From NCBI RefSeq assembly GCF_006345805.1, contig NC_042997.1:101680001-101744000 (forward strand): a DNA stretch of 64,000 nucleotides, given 5' to 3'. Positions 56,101 through 64,000 of the stretch are shown here, piece after piece (position 1 is the stretch's first letter; every line of letters starts with the position of its first letter). Under the pieces are notes generated by a model that searched no databases, was not told the origin of the DNA, and was given only the letters and a program-made list of their open reading frames with translations. The position numbers and the translations under genes were made by a program. Source of the DNA: Octopus sinensis (taxonomy: Eukaryota).

Positions 56101-59100
56101 CTTTCTCATCTTGCATACATTCATTCTCACATCTTTTGACTTGAGCTACTGAATCTAAGTCTCAAACATCAGTTGTGTGTAAATTCTGTAATAAGAACCA
56201 AGTCATCAGTATATTTATGATTCTATAGGGAGCTTGGTTTAATTTCATGAGATGAAAAAAAATACAATAAGTTTACCCAATGAAAAAATATTTTTAATTT
56301 TAAAAACTACTTTCAACAAGTTAGACACATGGCTTGGTGGTTAGGGTATTAAGCTCACAATTGTACGGTTGTGGGTTTGATTCCTGGCATGTTGTATCCT
56401 TGAGCAAGTTTTTTTTTAATTTCATGTTGCTCTAGTCCACTCATCTGACAAAAATGAGTAGTACCTGTATTTCAAAGGACCAGCCTCAACACAGGCTGTG
56501 TCACGCAGAATCTCCCTGAGAACTATGTTAAGGATACACATGCCTGTGGAGTGATCAATCAACAGGAACCCTCGTCCTCGTAACCGATGGAATGCCAATT
56601 ATACCTACAATCAAGCCAGATATTATTATGTGCTACATTTATTTGGATCTACTCATGTATTGCAGATAAACTGAAATCACTTTTAAGCAGTTGACTTAGT
56701 GGGTTTAACATTTCATTTTTTGACAAAACCTTGCTTGTTTGAAAATCTAATCCTCCTCTTTATTTTTTAGATAAATAGTGAACTGATTCAACAACAGAAG
56801 TTTCATGAATCAGCAGAATCGTTCTGCCATTGTTGTTTTGGTGCGCACTGGGCACACCACCAACAAAATTGTTAAGTTGACAAAACATGCAAAAGAAAAA
56901 GTTTATCATGTGTATAAACAATTTAAAGAAGAGGGAAAGATTAAAGAAATGAACACAAGACTCAAAGTGATTCCAAGTGCAATCCAAAGTTTCTCACTGG
57001 CCTCTAACACTCAACTGAGGCCAACCCATCCACATCCATGAGAACTCTTGCAAAGAAATGCAATGTGTCCCTTTCCATGGTGTTCAGAGCTGTGAACAGG
57101 AATCTTGGTATGACTAGCTATGTTGGATGACATCATCTCCTAACAGCCAAAGCCAAAGCAATCAGAGCTAAGAGATGCCCAAAGCTTGTCATTCATCAAG
57201 CATCAAGGTGCGGGAAAAACTCTCTTGTAAATGGACAAGAAGTTCACCATGGACACTGAAATTCTTAAGTGATTGCATACAACCTTGTGATGTCCCCGCT
57301 GTATTTGAGACTAAGAATCCTACCTCTGTAATGGGATTTGGAGCCATGGCAAATGATGGAAGTATCCATGAATCCACACTTCATTGAGTGTGGCTTGAAG
57401 ATCAGCACAAAAGAGCTTCTGGATAGCCTGAAGAATTCTCTGTTACCTTAGATGGAGTGATAATGTGGTGCTTAACCAGGATTCTGCACCATGGCATAGG
57501 TCAAAAGCAACACAGGCCTTCCTTGGTGAGAAGGTACCATTTTTTGTGAGGGCCAACATCTGCCCAGTAATAGACTAGATCTCAACCTTTCAATTACTTT
57601 TAATGGGGTGTACTTCAAGCAAGGTCCAATGCTTCACCACACACAAGTGTCAATTGTTTCAAGATCTACATCATGCATGTGACATGCAAAATCAAAAAAG
57701 CGGAGGTTGCAGCAGCTGTGAAAAAATTTCATTCTCATGCGGAGGCAGTAATTACTCAAAAGGGCAGCCATATTGAGTGATAAATGTTTTTGTTGTAATA
57801 AATGTTACATTAAAATTATATCTGTCTACTACCATTATTTTAGTATTTATAACCAGTTTTAAGCATCATAAAAATTGTCTCAATTTATCTACAAGACCCT
57901 GTACTCATGTATTTTCAGTATCTAATTTGTTTTATTAAATCTAAAAAAATATAAAACCTAGTAAAATCTAAAAAAAAAAATATATAAAGCCCAAAAAAGG
58001 AAAAATAATTGTTAAACCTCCTCTTAAAAAAAGGAGGAAATAAAGTACCTTCTACAAGTTCTGGAATACTTTCACTGTCTTCATCATCATCATCCTCCTC
58101 CTCCTCATCATCATCATCATCATTGTCAAAATCATCATCCTCAACATCATTGTCATCATCACAATTTTCATCAGCCATTTCTGAATCCCTATCTTTCTTT
58201 TCATCATCTTCAGATTTATCACTGTCTGAATCAGAATCATTTCCATTTACCTTTTTGAGGGGAAGGCCACAATTTTTAAAATCTCCAGCCACATCAAGAA
58301 TATCTTGAACATATTTAAAGAACAATAAATTGGGTAACATTTGCTGAATATTAAATACAAAAGTAAGAATGCAAGGTGCAACACCAAGGCCTTGTTTTTA
58401 TGCACATGCATGTGTATATCCATTTTGTCATGCAAACAACCAATCAACCAATCCCTCTTTCTCTCTCTCTCTATTTATATATATATATTCTATTATTTTT
58501 TTCTTTAACTTGTGTTTCAGTCATTTGACTATGACCATGCTGGAGCACCACTGCTTTGAAGAGTTTTAGTTGAACAAATAATCTACCCCAGGACTTATTT
58601 TTTTTTAAGCCTAGTACTTATTCTATCAGTCTCTTTTGCTGAACCGCTAAGTTACAGGGATATAAATACACCAACACCAGTTGTCAAGTGGTGATGGGAA
58701 GACAAACACAGACACAAGGACATATACACATACAGGGTGTGGCAAACTGATCTGACACATCTGTAGGTTTAATAAAAGTGAAGTAAAGAACAAAAAAAAT
58801 GTGTGTTTGTTTTTGAAATGTACATATAATGCCATTTTATTTCAAATGGTGCCATTTCTGCTATTTTGTTTCATTTCATTTTCAGTTGCCAACATGACTT
58901 GGACAGGTGAGCATCGCACTTTCATTGTGGAAGCATTTATCAAGAACAATGAATCTGTAATTGCAACATGAAGAGCATTCCATGTGCACTTCTGGCTTGG
59001 TAGACATGACCCAATGCCTACTTGAAACACGATTCTGTTATGGGTTACCAACTTCAGAGCTAGTGGATATTAGCATTAAAACAAAAATCAATCAGCCGAC

Positions 59101-62100
59101 CTCAGACTGCGAAAACTCTGGAAAATGTGCCAGCAGTAAGAGCTTCAGTTCAACATTTTCCACAACGTTCTGCATGGAAACACGCCACTGCTCTTAGGCT
59201 TTCTGATAGAAGTTTGTAAAGAATTCTTCACAAGGAACTGCAAATGCATCCATACAAAATGGTTTTGGCACAAGAACTCAGCGAAAAAGACTTTGAAACT
59301 CACAGAGCATTGTGTTTGGAAATTCAACATGTTCCCCATGCAACTCTTGTGTTGTTCAGTGACAAGGCCCATTTTCACCTGTGTGGCAGCATGAATAAGC
59401 AAAACTTCTGATACTGGGTCAAGAACAACCCTCGTGAGTTGCATGAACACACTTTGCATTGTCCTTGGGTGACCGTATGGTGTGTAGTGGCAGAATTTGG
59501 CAGTTGGTGACCGTACTTCTTCAAAGAAGACAATATCACACTGACTGTGAACTTTGATCGATATTGTGTGATGCTAAAGACTTTTCTGAAACCCAAATTG
59601 AATGAAGTTGACGATAGGGACAATGTTTGGTTTTAACAGGATGAGGCAACAGCTCACACTTCTCGATGTGCAATGGGGATTTTGATGGAGGTGTTCTCCA
59701 GTCATTTGGTCTCATTGCACAGTGACATCGGTTGGCCCACCTGATCACCTGATTTGAACCCATGCAATTTTTTTCTGTAGGGATACCTGAAATCGCCCTT
59801 GAGCCTTTGAAAATCTGGAGCTTTACTGCCTCACTGGGTGTAACAAAATCATGCTTTCAGTACAATCTAACACAGCCTGAACAGCTTCCATCTGCTCTTT
59901 CACATAACTGTGCATCAGACTAAATATTATGAAGTCTGTTAAATGCTTTCCTCAGTTCAACAAATTGATTCTTATCTACATGACCTCCACTCCTAAATTT
60001 CACACTTTCATATAAAATTTAAATAACATACAATTTGCCATGTTATCCTGTATTAGCTTTACCGTACAGCATCTTCATTAGTCAATCAATCAACTTTTAA
60101 TACAGACTCTAGTACAATACTCATATTTGTAGTAAATAACAAATGTGCTGTTATACTAGTTATTACAGATAAAACCTTTCTGTATGGGATTATTTCTTTA
60201 ATTACTCCATAAGCTATCAACTAGATTAAGTGAAATAGCCAACCCATTAACAATATAAAGTTGTAATATAATTGCTATTAAAAACATAAATAAATCCTTA
60301 ATAACATTTGTAATAAGTATTTGTAATTAAACTATTAATGATTTTTCATTAAAGGATACAGCCTAAGCCATCATCTATAAACGACTGAGGTAGAGTCTTT
60401 CTTTTCTTCAGACCAAGCTTCTTTTCAAGTTCTTTAATGGCCTTCTCTTCATTTTTTATAGCTGCCTGATCCTGTCGTTTTCTGATCATTTGTACATTAG
60501 TGTCTTCTTCCTCTTCACTTTCCTTGTCATCATCACTCTCAACTGGATTTAATTGTAACTGAAAATAGAAGCAGGTACTTGATCAGACAAAGCCACCAAA
60601 TAATGTAAAATTAGAGAAAAATAAAGTAGCAACACTTAAATAAATAAATGTTAGTAAAAGGGAAAAAATATATTCATCCATCTTCTCCATCCACTTTTCT
60701 TAGAAGGGTTGTTGGGATAGAGTCCTCAGGTACTTCTTCCACTGAGGTTCTATCAGAAGAAGCCATCGTTACACTTTCCAATGTAAATACCAAGTTGGTG
60801 CCTGGTGTGAATAAGACCACCACAAACAAACTGCAATATGAAAAGGGTTCAAAAGAAGAGGCATACCACATCATCGGTTGTGTAGGTTAATAAGTGATGC
60901 ATTTGAATCTTAGGTCTGTTCAAAAATCATACTGCAGTCTCCAGCCAATGCTGGTAAAGAGTAAAGACCCCCTTCGGTCATGAATGACCATGGGATTGCA
61001 CCTAGAAACTTCCCCTCTGAGGCACAAGTCCGACCAAGGTTGTTTGTTGAAGACCAACAGTCGCCCATGCATACCAGCCTCCCCCCTCCATGCTACCAAT
61101 GTTATCCAAGGGAAAGACAAAGGCTGATACAGCTTGGTACCAGTGACTTTGCAACTCATTTCTACAGCTGAGAGAACTGGAGCAACATGAAATAAAGTGT
61201 CTTGCTCACGAACAAAACATACAGCCTGTCAGGGAATTAAACTCATTACCTCATGATAGTGAGCCCGGTGCTCTAACCATTGAGCCATGTACCTTCACAA
61301 TGCTGGTACAACCAGCATTAAGCCTACAACTTAATCTGGGAGGTGTGGGGTTGGAGCACAAAGAATGCATGTCCCAAGACCTCCAAGTAGGTCCAGGAGG
61401 GAACAAACATTAAGTAAATATATATAATTTTGTTCAACAAATGAAAAGGAGAGCTTCTAACAATGCAAAGAGGTAAGATGATTAACCTTTATATATTTTA
61501 GGCACACAAAACCTATCATCAAAAGAAAACAATAAAGAAATGTCTATGTAGACCTTGCCATTTAGATAGCTGAATGGGTAGTAACCCTGCTTTGTCCAGC
61601 AAGTGTGATAGCAGAGTAATTCCCCAGAAATCACTGTAGAGGTCACAAGGATGGATTGCTAGCTCAACTCTCAACAATTTCAGTTCTTTAATGTCACTCA
61701 TTATTTTGTAATGAGAGTAAAGGGTTTACATTATCAAACTTGAAGATGTTTTCCTGGGTTAAAAGTACAAGTTTTATTTATTTTTTTAATACAAATGGCA
61801 AATTTAAATATCTTTAAATAATTATTCAAATTTATTATTAGAAAAGATATGAGCCTCATAAACAAATAAAGAATGTCATTGTAGTTGCTTCTACACATAC
61901 ACACATAAAAAAAAAAGCATTTTCTTAATACAGGACAGCATACTTTTAAAGAATGTACTCTCTTGCTTCTCAGGAATAATGGGAACAGAATAAAATGGTA
62001 AATATAACACTCAAAGTATTAGAAAATTAATCAAAAATAGAATAAAGATAGTTATAGGCACAGACATTGCTATGTGAACAGGCACATGAATAGCTGTGTG

Positions 62101-62233
62101 GTTAAGAAGCCTGCTTTTTAACCATATGGTCTCTGGTTCAATCCCACTGTGTGACACCTTGGACAAGAATCTTCTACTACAGGCCAACAAAAGCCTTGTG
62201 AGTGGATCTGGTTGACAGAAACTGGGAAAAGCC

Positions 62234-62290
<57 letters not shown>

Positions 62291-62709
62291 ATATTTTTTT
62301 TTTTTTTTATGCATGTGTGTACCTTGACATCATGTGATAATTGTAAACAAACAACACCAACATACAAGTGAAGTTATTCATTTCTTCCATGAAAAACATG
62401 CTTGGCTATGGGGAGATGTTACCTTACCGAGAAACAGGTAAAGGTTGACCACAGGAAAATCTATCTCAATAAATTCCATTCTGATCCATGCAAACATGGA
62501 AAAATGAATGCTAAATGATGATGGTGATGATCAGAACTAGGCAATGTATTTTAGTTCATTAATAACATGGCTGTACATACTTCTTTTAGCTTCATTTTTT
62601 TCTTTTTACGTGATATTTTCCTTTTTTTATTTCTCACAGCATTCCTTTTCTTTTGTTGCTCTGCTTCTTCAGATGCTTTAGAATTATCTATATTTTCTAA
62701 AGTTGGAAT
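14752..62709 (-). CDS. NOM1: NOM1 (nucleolar MIF4G domain-containing protein 1 / Sgd1 homologue), 13 coding exons in window, 5' end outside window
   Basis: 13 GT-AG exons join in frame (129+199+255+307+200+113+94+234+120+125+165+132+276 = 2349 nt). Recognisable NOM1/Sgd1 motifs: ELEKKLG..K, DGLGYIL, EDIYGR, YIPPALR, KGLVNRVNEAN, GFGLRKDDP, RMRFILDTL..VKNN, KGRWWIVGSAW, KQRMNTDIRRNIF, SEDFVDAFERLLKL, QEKEYNPYY, FQFNLWD. Confidence 0.93.
16060..16441 (+). mobile_element. tRNA-derived SINE with internal (TA)n
   Basis: Head ggctgtgtggtaagtagc...ttcagtgccactg, core ggcaccttgggcaagtgtc...gaaactgaaagaagcccg, tail aagtaaaagagtaaaagag. Same family at ~14310-14660 (-), 30712-31055 (+), 55062-55460 (-) and 62085-62240 (+). 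Confidence 0.85.
16464..18326. repeat. 1.86-kb near-perfect inverted repeat (foldback / long-TIR element); arms 16464-17328 and 17421-18326, spacer 92 bp
   Basis: Arms are reverse complements with about ten substitutions and one 41-bp indel; flanked by (TA)n on both sides. Confidence 0.95.
16571..16766. repeat. 98-bp tandem duplication inside the left palindrome arm (mirrored at ~18024-18219)
   Basis: atataataaag.gagt.catgctatatgtttaaagagtatgatgta...aaaaattcat at 16571 and again at 16669. Confidence 0.9.
19114..19392 (-). mobile_element. SINE with 12-bp TSD
   Basis: taaggcaatgat at 19102-19113 and 19393-19404; tRNA-like head on the minus strand; related copies at ~22410-22610 and ~27730-28030. 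Confidence 0.8.
20095..20310 (-). mobile_element. Penelope-like pseudo-LTR fragment between (TA)n tracts
   Basis: The minus strand reads tccgacgaagagctccgctcgaaacatta, the CYGANGA-stem-GAAAC motif typical of Penelope-like termini. Confidence 0.5.
20737..20868 (-). CDS. NOM1: NOM1 coding exon (MA3): MTFQFNLWDKLKDMPSLTEMMMSNLAKLVSHLIVSKAQSLALFK
   Basis: ttttttgtgtag acceptor, GTAAGT donor, 132 nt, phase 0/0. Confidence 0.92.
21178..21345. repeat. GC-richer minisatellite, ~30-bp unit (cccactgagccactgtggtcagacctc), about 6 copies
   Basis: Visible imperfect tandem copies. Confidence 0.85.
22811..22975 (-). CDS. NOM1: NOM1 coding exon (MA3): DFVDAFERLLKLKLKPVQERDIIHVIVDCCIQEKEYNPYYAHLLQKFCEFHRRFQ
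   Basis: tttgacttcag acceptor, GTAATT donor, 165 nt, phase 0/0. Not present in the ORF track; read by hand. Confidence 0.94.
23211..23441 (-). mobile_element. SINE with 17-bp TSD
   Basis: ttctacaggttctttct at 23194-23210 and 23442-23458; tRNA-like head with B-box-like motif on the minus strand. Confidence 0.85.
23690..25872. repeat. old interrupted fold-back inverted duplication centred near 25270
   Basis: 23690-23912 plus 24760-25075 is the reverse complement of ~25315-25872; the apical hairpin has 29-bp arms (25228-25256 / 25283-25311). Confidence 0.85.
23913..24759. mobile_element. 847-bp insertion with 4-bp TSD (CTGG), probable solo LTR
   Basis: Splits a SINE consensus ctccatgctgg|catgggttgg; CTGG at 23909-23912 and 24760-24763; termini TATAAC...CACTACA resemble a decayed TG...CA; absent from the mirror arm. 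Confidence 0.6.
26490..26614 (-). CDS. NOM1: NOM1 coding exon (start of MA3): ADEESIPTGSEEVKNFLELSRKQRMNTDIRRNIFYTLMASE
   Basis: tctccctag acceptor, GTTTGT donor, 125 nt, phase 1/0; RKQRMNTDIRR motif. Confidence 0.93.
27835..29897 (+). repeat. ~2.06-kb intronic segmental duplication, copy 1
   Basis: Nearly identical to 36665-39090 (offset 8830 bp at the left end). Confidence 0.93.
28768..29624 (+). mobile_element. internally deleted Tc1/mariner element, copy 1
   Basis: TA-flanked TIRs (cgcggtctgatcaataagtat...atacttattgattaagtcttg); transposase remnants VSAKFVPKLL, DNAPTH and YFADLA (for YSPDLAP). Confidence 0.85.
30221..30434 (-). mobile_element. SINE with 17-bp TSD
   Basis: agaactaatagaatatt at 30204-30220 and 30435-30451; B-box GTTCAAAT on the minus strand. 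Confidence 0.85.
30712..31055 (+). mobile_element. tRNA-derived SINE (same family as 16060-16441)
   Basis: Shared head, core and tail sequence. Confidence 0.8.
31712..31961. mobile_element. hAT (Charlie-type) MITE, 250 bp
   Basis: TIRs cagttctactca / tgagaagcactg; 8-bp TSD tgctagac / tgctaggc (7 of 8 match) with a CTAG core. Confidence 0.7.
34320..34800 (+). mobile_element. highly decayed RTE-like RT fragment
   Basis: Similar to 51900-52060 (gaattgaagactggctgtccatgggaaatcctatatgctgataat, YAD motif). Confidence 0.6.
34959..35078 (-). CDS. NOM1: NOM1 coding exon: NKSIGDNQLRVTLSDLQNADTKGRWWIVGSAWSGETEDSK
   Basis: ttttcattag acceptor, GTGAGT donor, 120 nt, phase 1/1; diagnostic KGRWWIVGSAW motif. 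Confidence 0.94.
36253..36486 (-). CDS. NOM1: NOM1 coding exon: NCGFGLRKDDPTQLREVI...RMRFILDTLLAVKNNN...KHLIR
   Basis: ttctctttatag acceptor, GTAATT donor, 234 nt, phase 1/1; LRKDDP and RF.L..L..KNN motifs. Confidence 0.94.
37621..38803 (+). mobile_element. Tc1/mariner remnant, copy 2, interrupted by a SINE
   Basis: Same TIRs and remnants as 28768-29624. Confidence 0.85.
37803..38128 (+). mobile_element. 5'-truncated RTE-tail retroposon (SINE or LINE 3' UTR) with (GAT)n tail
   Basis: Absent from duplication copy 1; ends catgctagcatggaaagcggacgttaaacgatgatgatg; retains CpGs. Related copies at ~737-960, ~41357-41880 and ~45300-45570. Confidence 0.85.
42195..42288 (-). CDS. NOM1: NOM1 coding exon (MIF4G): IFHSTLLFDLIRLFMDSFQEKDVEILSIIFK
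   Basis: ttttttccag acceptor, GTAAAA donor, 94 nt, phase 0/1; F.EKDVE motif. Confidence 0.9.
45579..45960. repeat. ~80-bp direct repeat pair ending in (TA)n
   Basis: gaaaggaattttt.ctaaatggtataatttaatttt...gataaaaggtgtttttt.ctaatttatata at 45579 and 45875. Confidence 0.75.
46890..47590 (-). mobile_element. Tc1/mariner-superfamily transposase remnant
   Basis: ORF 47032..47262 with WQKDSA and WLPNSPDCNLFDYYVWG (DDD catalytic region). Confidence 0.85.
47715..48115. repeat. imperfect ~200-bp AT-rich tandem duplication
   Basis: ttttaatctata...ttttatatgtgtattggt...gttagagaatatt...gtgaaaggatttt occurs twice. Confidence 0.7.
48130..48600 (-). mobile_element. possible pogo/Tigger transposase N-terminal remnant
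   Basis: Minus-strand fragments ISCDCLKKA and LKYHNGWVNK resemble the CENP-B HTH motif FKASNGW; weak. Confidence 0.3.
49000..50600 (+). mobile_element. very decayed CR1/L2/Jockey-like LINE remnant
   Basis: Pyrimidine-rich; aaagcctt..accatgtttgac and cttcatgtagatgatacc resemble the KAFD.V and xADD RT motifs. Confidence 0.4.
51485..51597 (-). CDS. NOM1: NOM1 coding exon (MIF4G): GAYIIQNLVENMHKYRKKSNGKELNNVITLMCCMFNLK
   Basis: ttttactcacag acceptor, GTTAGT donor, 113 nt, phase 1/0; GKE.NN motif. Confidence 0.9.
51850..53100 (+). mobile_element. RTE-clade LINE 3' fragment (RT C-terminus, 3' UTR, (GAT)n tail)
   Basis: GVHQGSVLSP, YADDLAL, GLRVNLAKTKV and MLHGSEAW motifs in broken frames. Confidence 0.88.
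53880..54079 (-). CDS. NOM1: NOM1 coding exon (MIF4G): VNEANMAIMSNQLEEMY...IIHSNVGEEIG
   Basis: tttcttttag acceptor, GTAAGT donor, 200 nt, phase 2/1. Confidence 0.93.
54209..54452. mobile_element. hairpin MITE-like element with 75-bp arms
   Basis: 54209-54283 is the reverse complement of 54378-54452 with about 5 mismatches. Confidence 0.8.
55062..55460 (-). mobile_element. tRNA-derived SINE (same family as 16060-16441)
   Basis: Reverse complement of the shared head, core and tail. Confidence 0.8.
55554..55860 (-). CDS. NOM1: NOM1 coding exon: DTKTKQAP...KEDIYGRLRD...GYIPPALRQ...KQMKGLVNR
   Basis: tttctttgcaag acceptor, GTGAGT donor, 307 nt, phase 1/2; EDIYG, YIPP and KGLVNR motifs at the start of MIF4G. 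Confidence 0.93.
56760..57903 (+). mobile_element. Tc1/mariner-superfamily remnant
   Basis: HTH-like N-terminus (ORF 56805..57041), KNPTSVMGFGA, QDSAP.H and DLN..NY motifs in broken frames; right end ...gaccctg-TA. Confidence 0.75.
58049..58303 (-). CDS. NOM1: NOM1 coding exon, acidic tract: (Y)ILDVAGDFKNCG...DDDDDEEEEDDDDEDSESIPELVE
   Basis: 255 nt, phase 1/1; completes DGLGY-IL across the junction; donor G|GTACTT; lies within ORF 57915..58340. Confidence 0.85.
58304..60359 (-). other. U12-type (minor spliceosome) GT-AG intron of NOM1
   Basis: 5' splice site GTATCCTTT (60359-60351); branch-like TTCTTTAAA (58322-58314) ~10 nt before the AAG acceptor; no polypyrimidine tract. Confidence 0.85.
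58733..59795 (+). mobile_element. Tc1/mariner-superfamily remnant inside the U12 intron
   Basis: TA-cagggtgtggcaaac left end; broken-frame motifs HPYK, FSDKAHFHL, NKQN, QDEATAH, SPDLNPCNFF..GYLKS. Confidence 0.8.
60360..60558 (-). CDS. NOM1: NOM1 coding exon: LQLNPVESDDDKESEEEED...IKELEKKLGLKKRKTLPQSFIDDGLG
   Basis: ctattttcag acceptor; 199 nt (phase 0/1); ends at U12-type donor GTATCCTTT; ELEKKLG and DGLG motifs. Confidence 0.9.
60957..61297 (-). mobile_element. SINE with 11-bp TSD
   Basis: caatgctggta at 60946-60956 and 61298-61308; same family at ~296-601, ~5595-5915 and (opposite strand) ~18650-18830. Confidence 0.85.
62581..62709 (-). CDS. NOM1: NOM1 coding exon (first in window), basic/NLS-like: IPTLENIDNSKASEEAEQQKKRNAVRNKKRKISRKKKKMKLKE
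   Basis: ttttttccag acceptor, GTATGT donor, 129 nt, phase 0/0, open frame, joins next exon in frame. Low-complexity sequence, so homology support is weaker. Confidence 0.75.
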
Positions 62710-64000
62710 CTGGAAAAAATATGAAACAAACCTGTTACAAGGATTTTTTTTTTTTTTAATTTTGTACTGGTTGTATTAAATTATATTTCACATCTATGAA
62801 ATTCTTCCAGCTAATAGTGATGAGAGTATTTGCTGAGGTTTAGTTCATTACACCTTCTATAATATTTTTTTTTCTTTTACATCAACTTTTTTGTTTCAAA
62901 TAATTGATATTAAGCAAGTATGGAGGAATGAGTATATCAAAGAATCAGTCAAGATAAAAGGACTTGCAGTATGTCATATTCTCTTACATTTTGAGTTGAA
63001 TGACAGCTGGAAATTACAAGTTAAAATGCTAGCAGTTTTTGACAAGTGCACGAACAAGATAGTTGTTAGTCCTTCCATCAAATACTGATGTTGTAGTTGA
63101 GTCACAGGTTGCTGAAGGTGTCTAGTGCAATATGTTCATGTCTATAATATTTATTAGTTATCCGAGGTCAACTTTGTCTTCCATCCTTTCAGGGTCAATA
63201 AAATAAGTATCATTTGAGCACTGGAGTCAATATGATTTACCCCCTACCCCAAACTTGCTAGTCCTGTGCCAAAATCTGAAGCCAATATTTATTAGTTATA
63301 ATATTAGTGTCAAAAGTTTCTCAGTCTGGTTCTAATGTCCAGGTCAAGGTTTTTCTTGAGATGTATACTGCCATAGCCATTACCTGTGGTTTTTATAAGC
63401 CAGAGAAGAGTTCAAAATTATTTTGACTGGCCATCGCCACTTCAACAACAAAAAAAAAAAGGTTTCTCTTTCCATGCAAGAAAAACAATAAAAAAAATCT
63501 GCTCAACTATTCCATACCATTTATGTTCCACAGTCAAAACCCACTTGGCAACAATATACTTTATTCCATCTTAGGTGTAGTTTAGTGATTTAAACTGTCC
63601 CTGACACATGATCAAAATATAGCCAGTGGACTGAGAGTTCAGTTTTCAAATTTTTGGCAAGACTTATTATTTTAGGTACTGATGTTGAGTCAACTGACAC
63701 TATCATCATCCAATATTTGAGACATTATACCAATGTGAAAAAATTAATATTAAATATGAACAAATTTGTTGCATTGACAAGTAAAGCTAATTTGTCATAA
63801 TTAACAGTGAAGTAACAGAAGAAAATATAACTGTGTATATGTTTGTTTATGTGTAGGGGGTGCTGTTATGTCGCCATAATAGTCAAATTTCCCTAAAACC
63901 ATATCTTATCGCCTTGAAAAGGAAAGATATATACATTATGTATTGCTAAATAATGTATATCTGGAAAAATGATCAGATGACTAAAGGTATATTCGATCAG

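Noticed and set aside
60648-60890. ORFs 60674..60874 (-) and 60648..60890 (+) as an additional exon or gene
   Set aside because: No convincing splice pair or recognisable domain; neighbouring NOM1 exons join in frame without it. Possibly an old LINE remnant.

Overview
AT-rich, repeat-dense eukaryotic DNA. The SINE families and the abundant (TA)n, (CA)n and (CAT)n microsatellites suggest an octopus/coleoid cephalopod; this is an inference. One host gene is supported: NOM1 (nucleolar MIF4G + MA3 domain protein, yeast Sgd1 homologue) on the minus strand. I reconstructed 13 phase-consistent coding exons from 62709 down to the TAG stop at 14752 (2349 nt, 782 codons plus stop); the start codon lies beyond the right edge. 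One NOM1 intron (58304-60359) has a U12 minor-spliceosome signature. The rest is transposon debris: a decayed Ty3/Gypsy element with its 3' LTR, RTE and other LINE fragments, Tc1/mariner remnants, a hAT MITE, a Helitron-like element, Penelope-like fragments with hammerhead-like motifs, and many SINEs. The most striking unexplained structure is a 1.86-kb, ~99% perfect palindrome in the last NOM1 intron (865/906-bp arms, 92-bp spacer). Its arms are modular and carry five fixed-spacing CRE-N11-CCAAT units and a TATA-like motif pointing inward. Two further structures stand out: an older fold-back (~2.2 kb) two introns upstream, and a ~2-kb intronic segment duplicated 8.8 kb away. All alignments were done by eye and no database searches were run.
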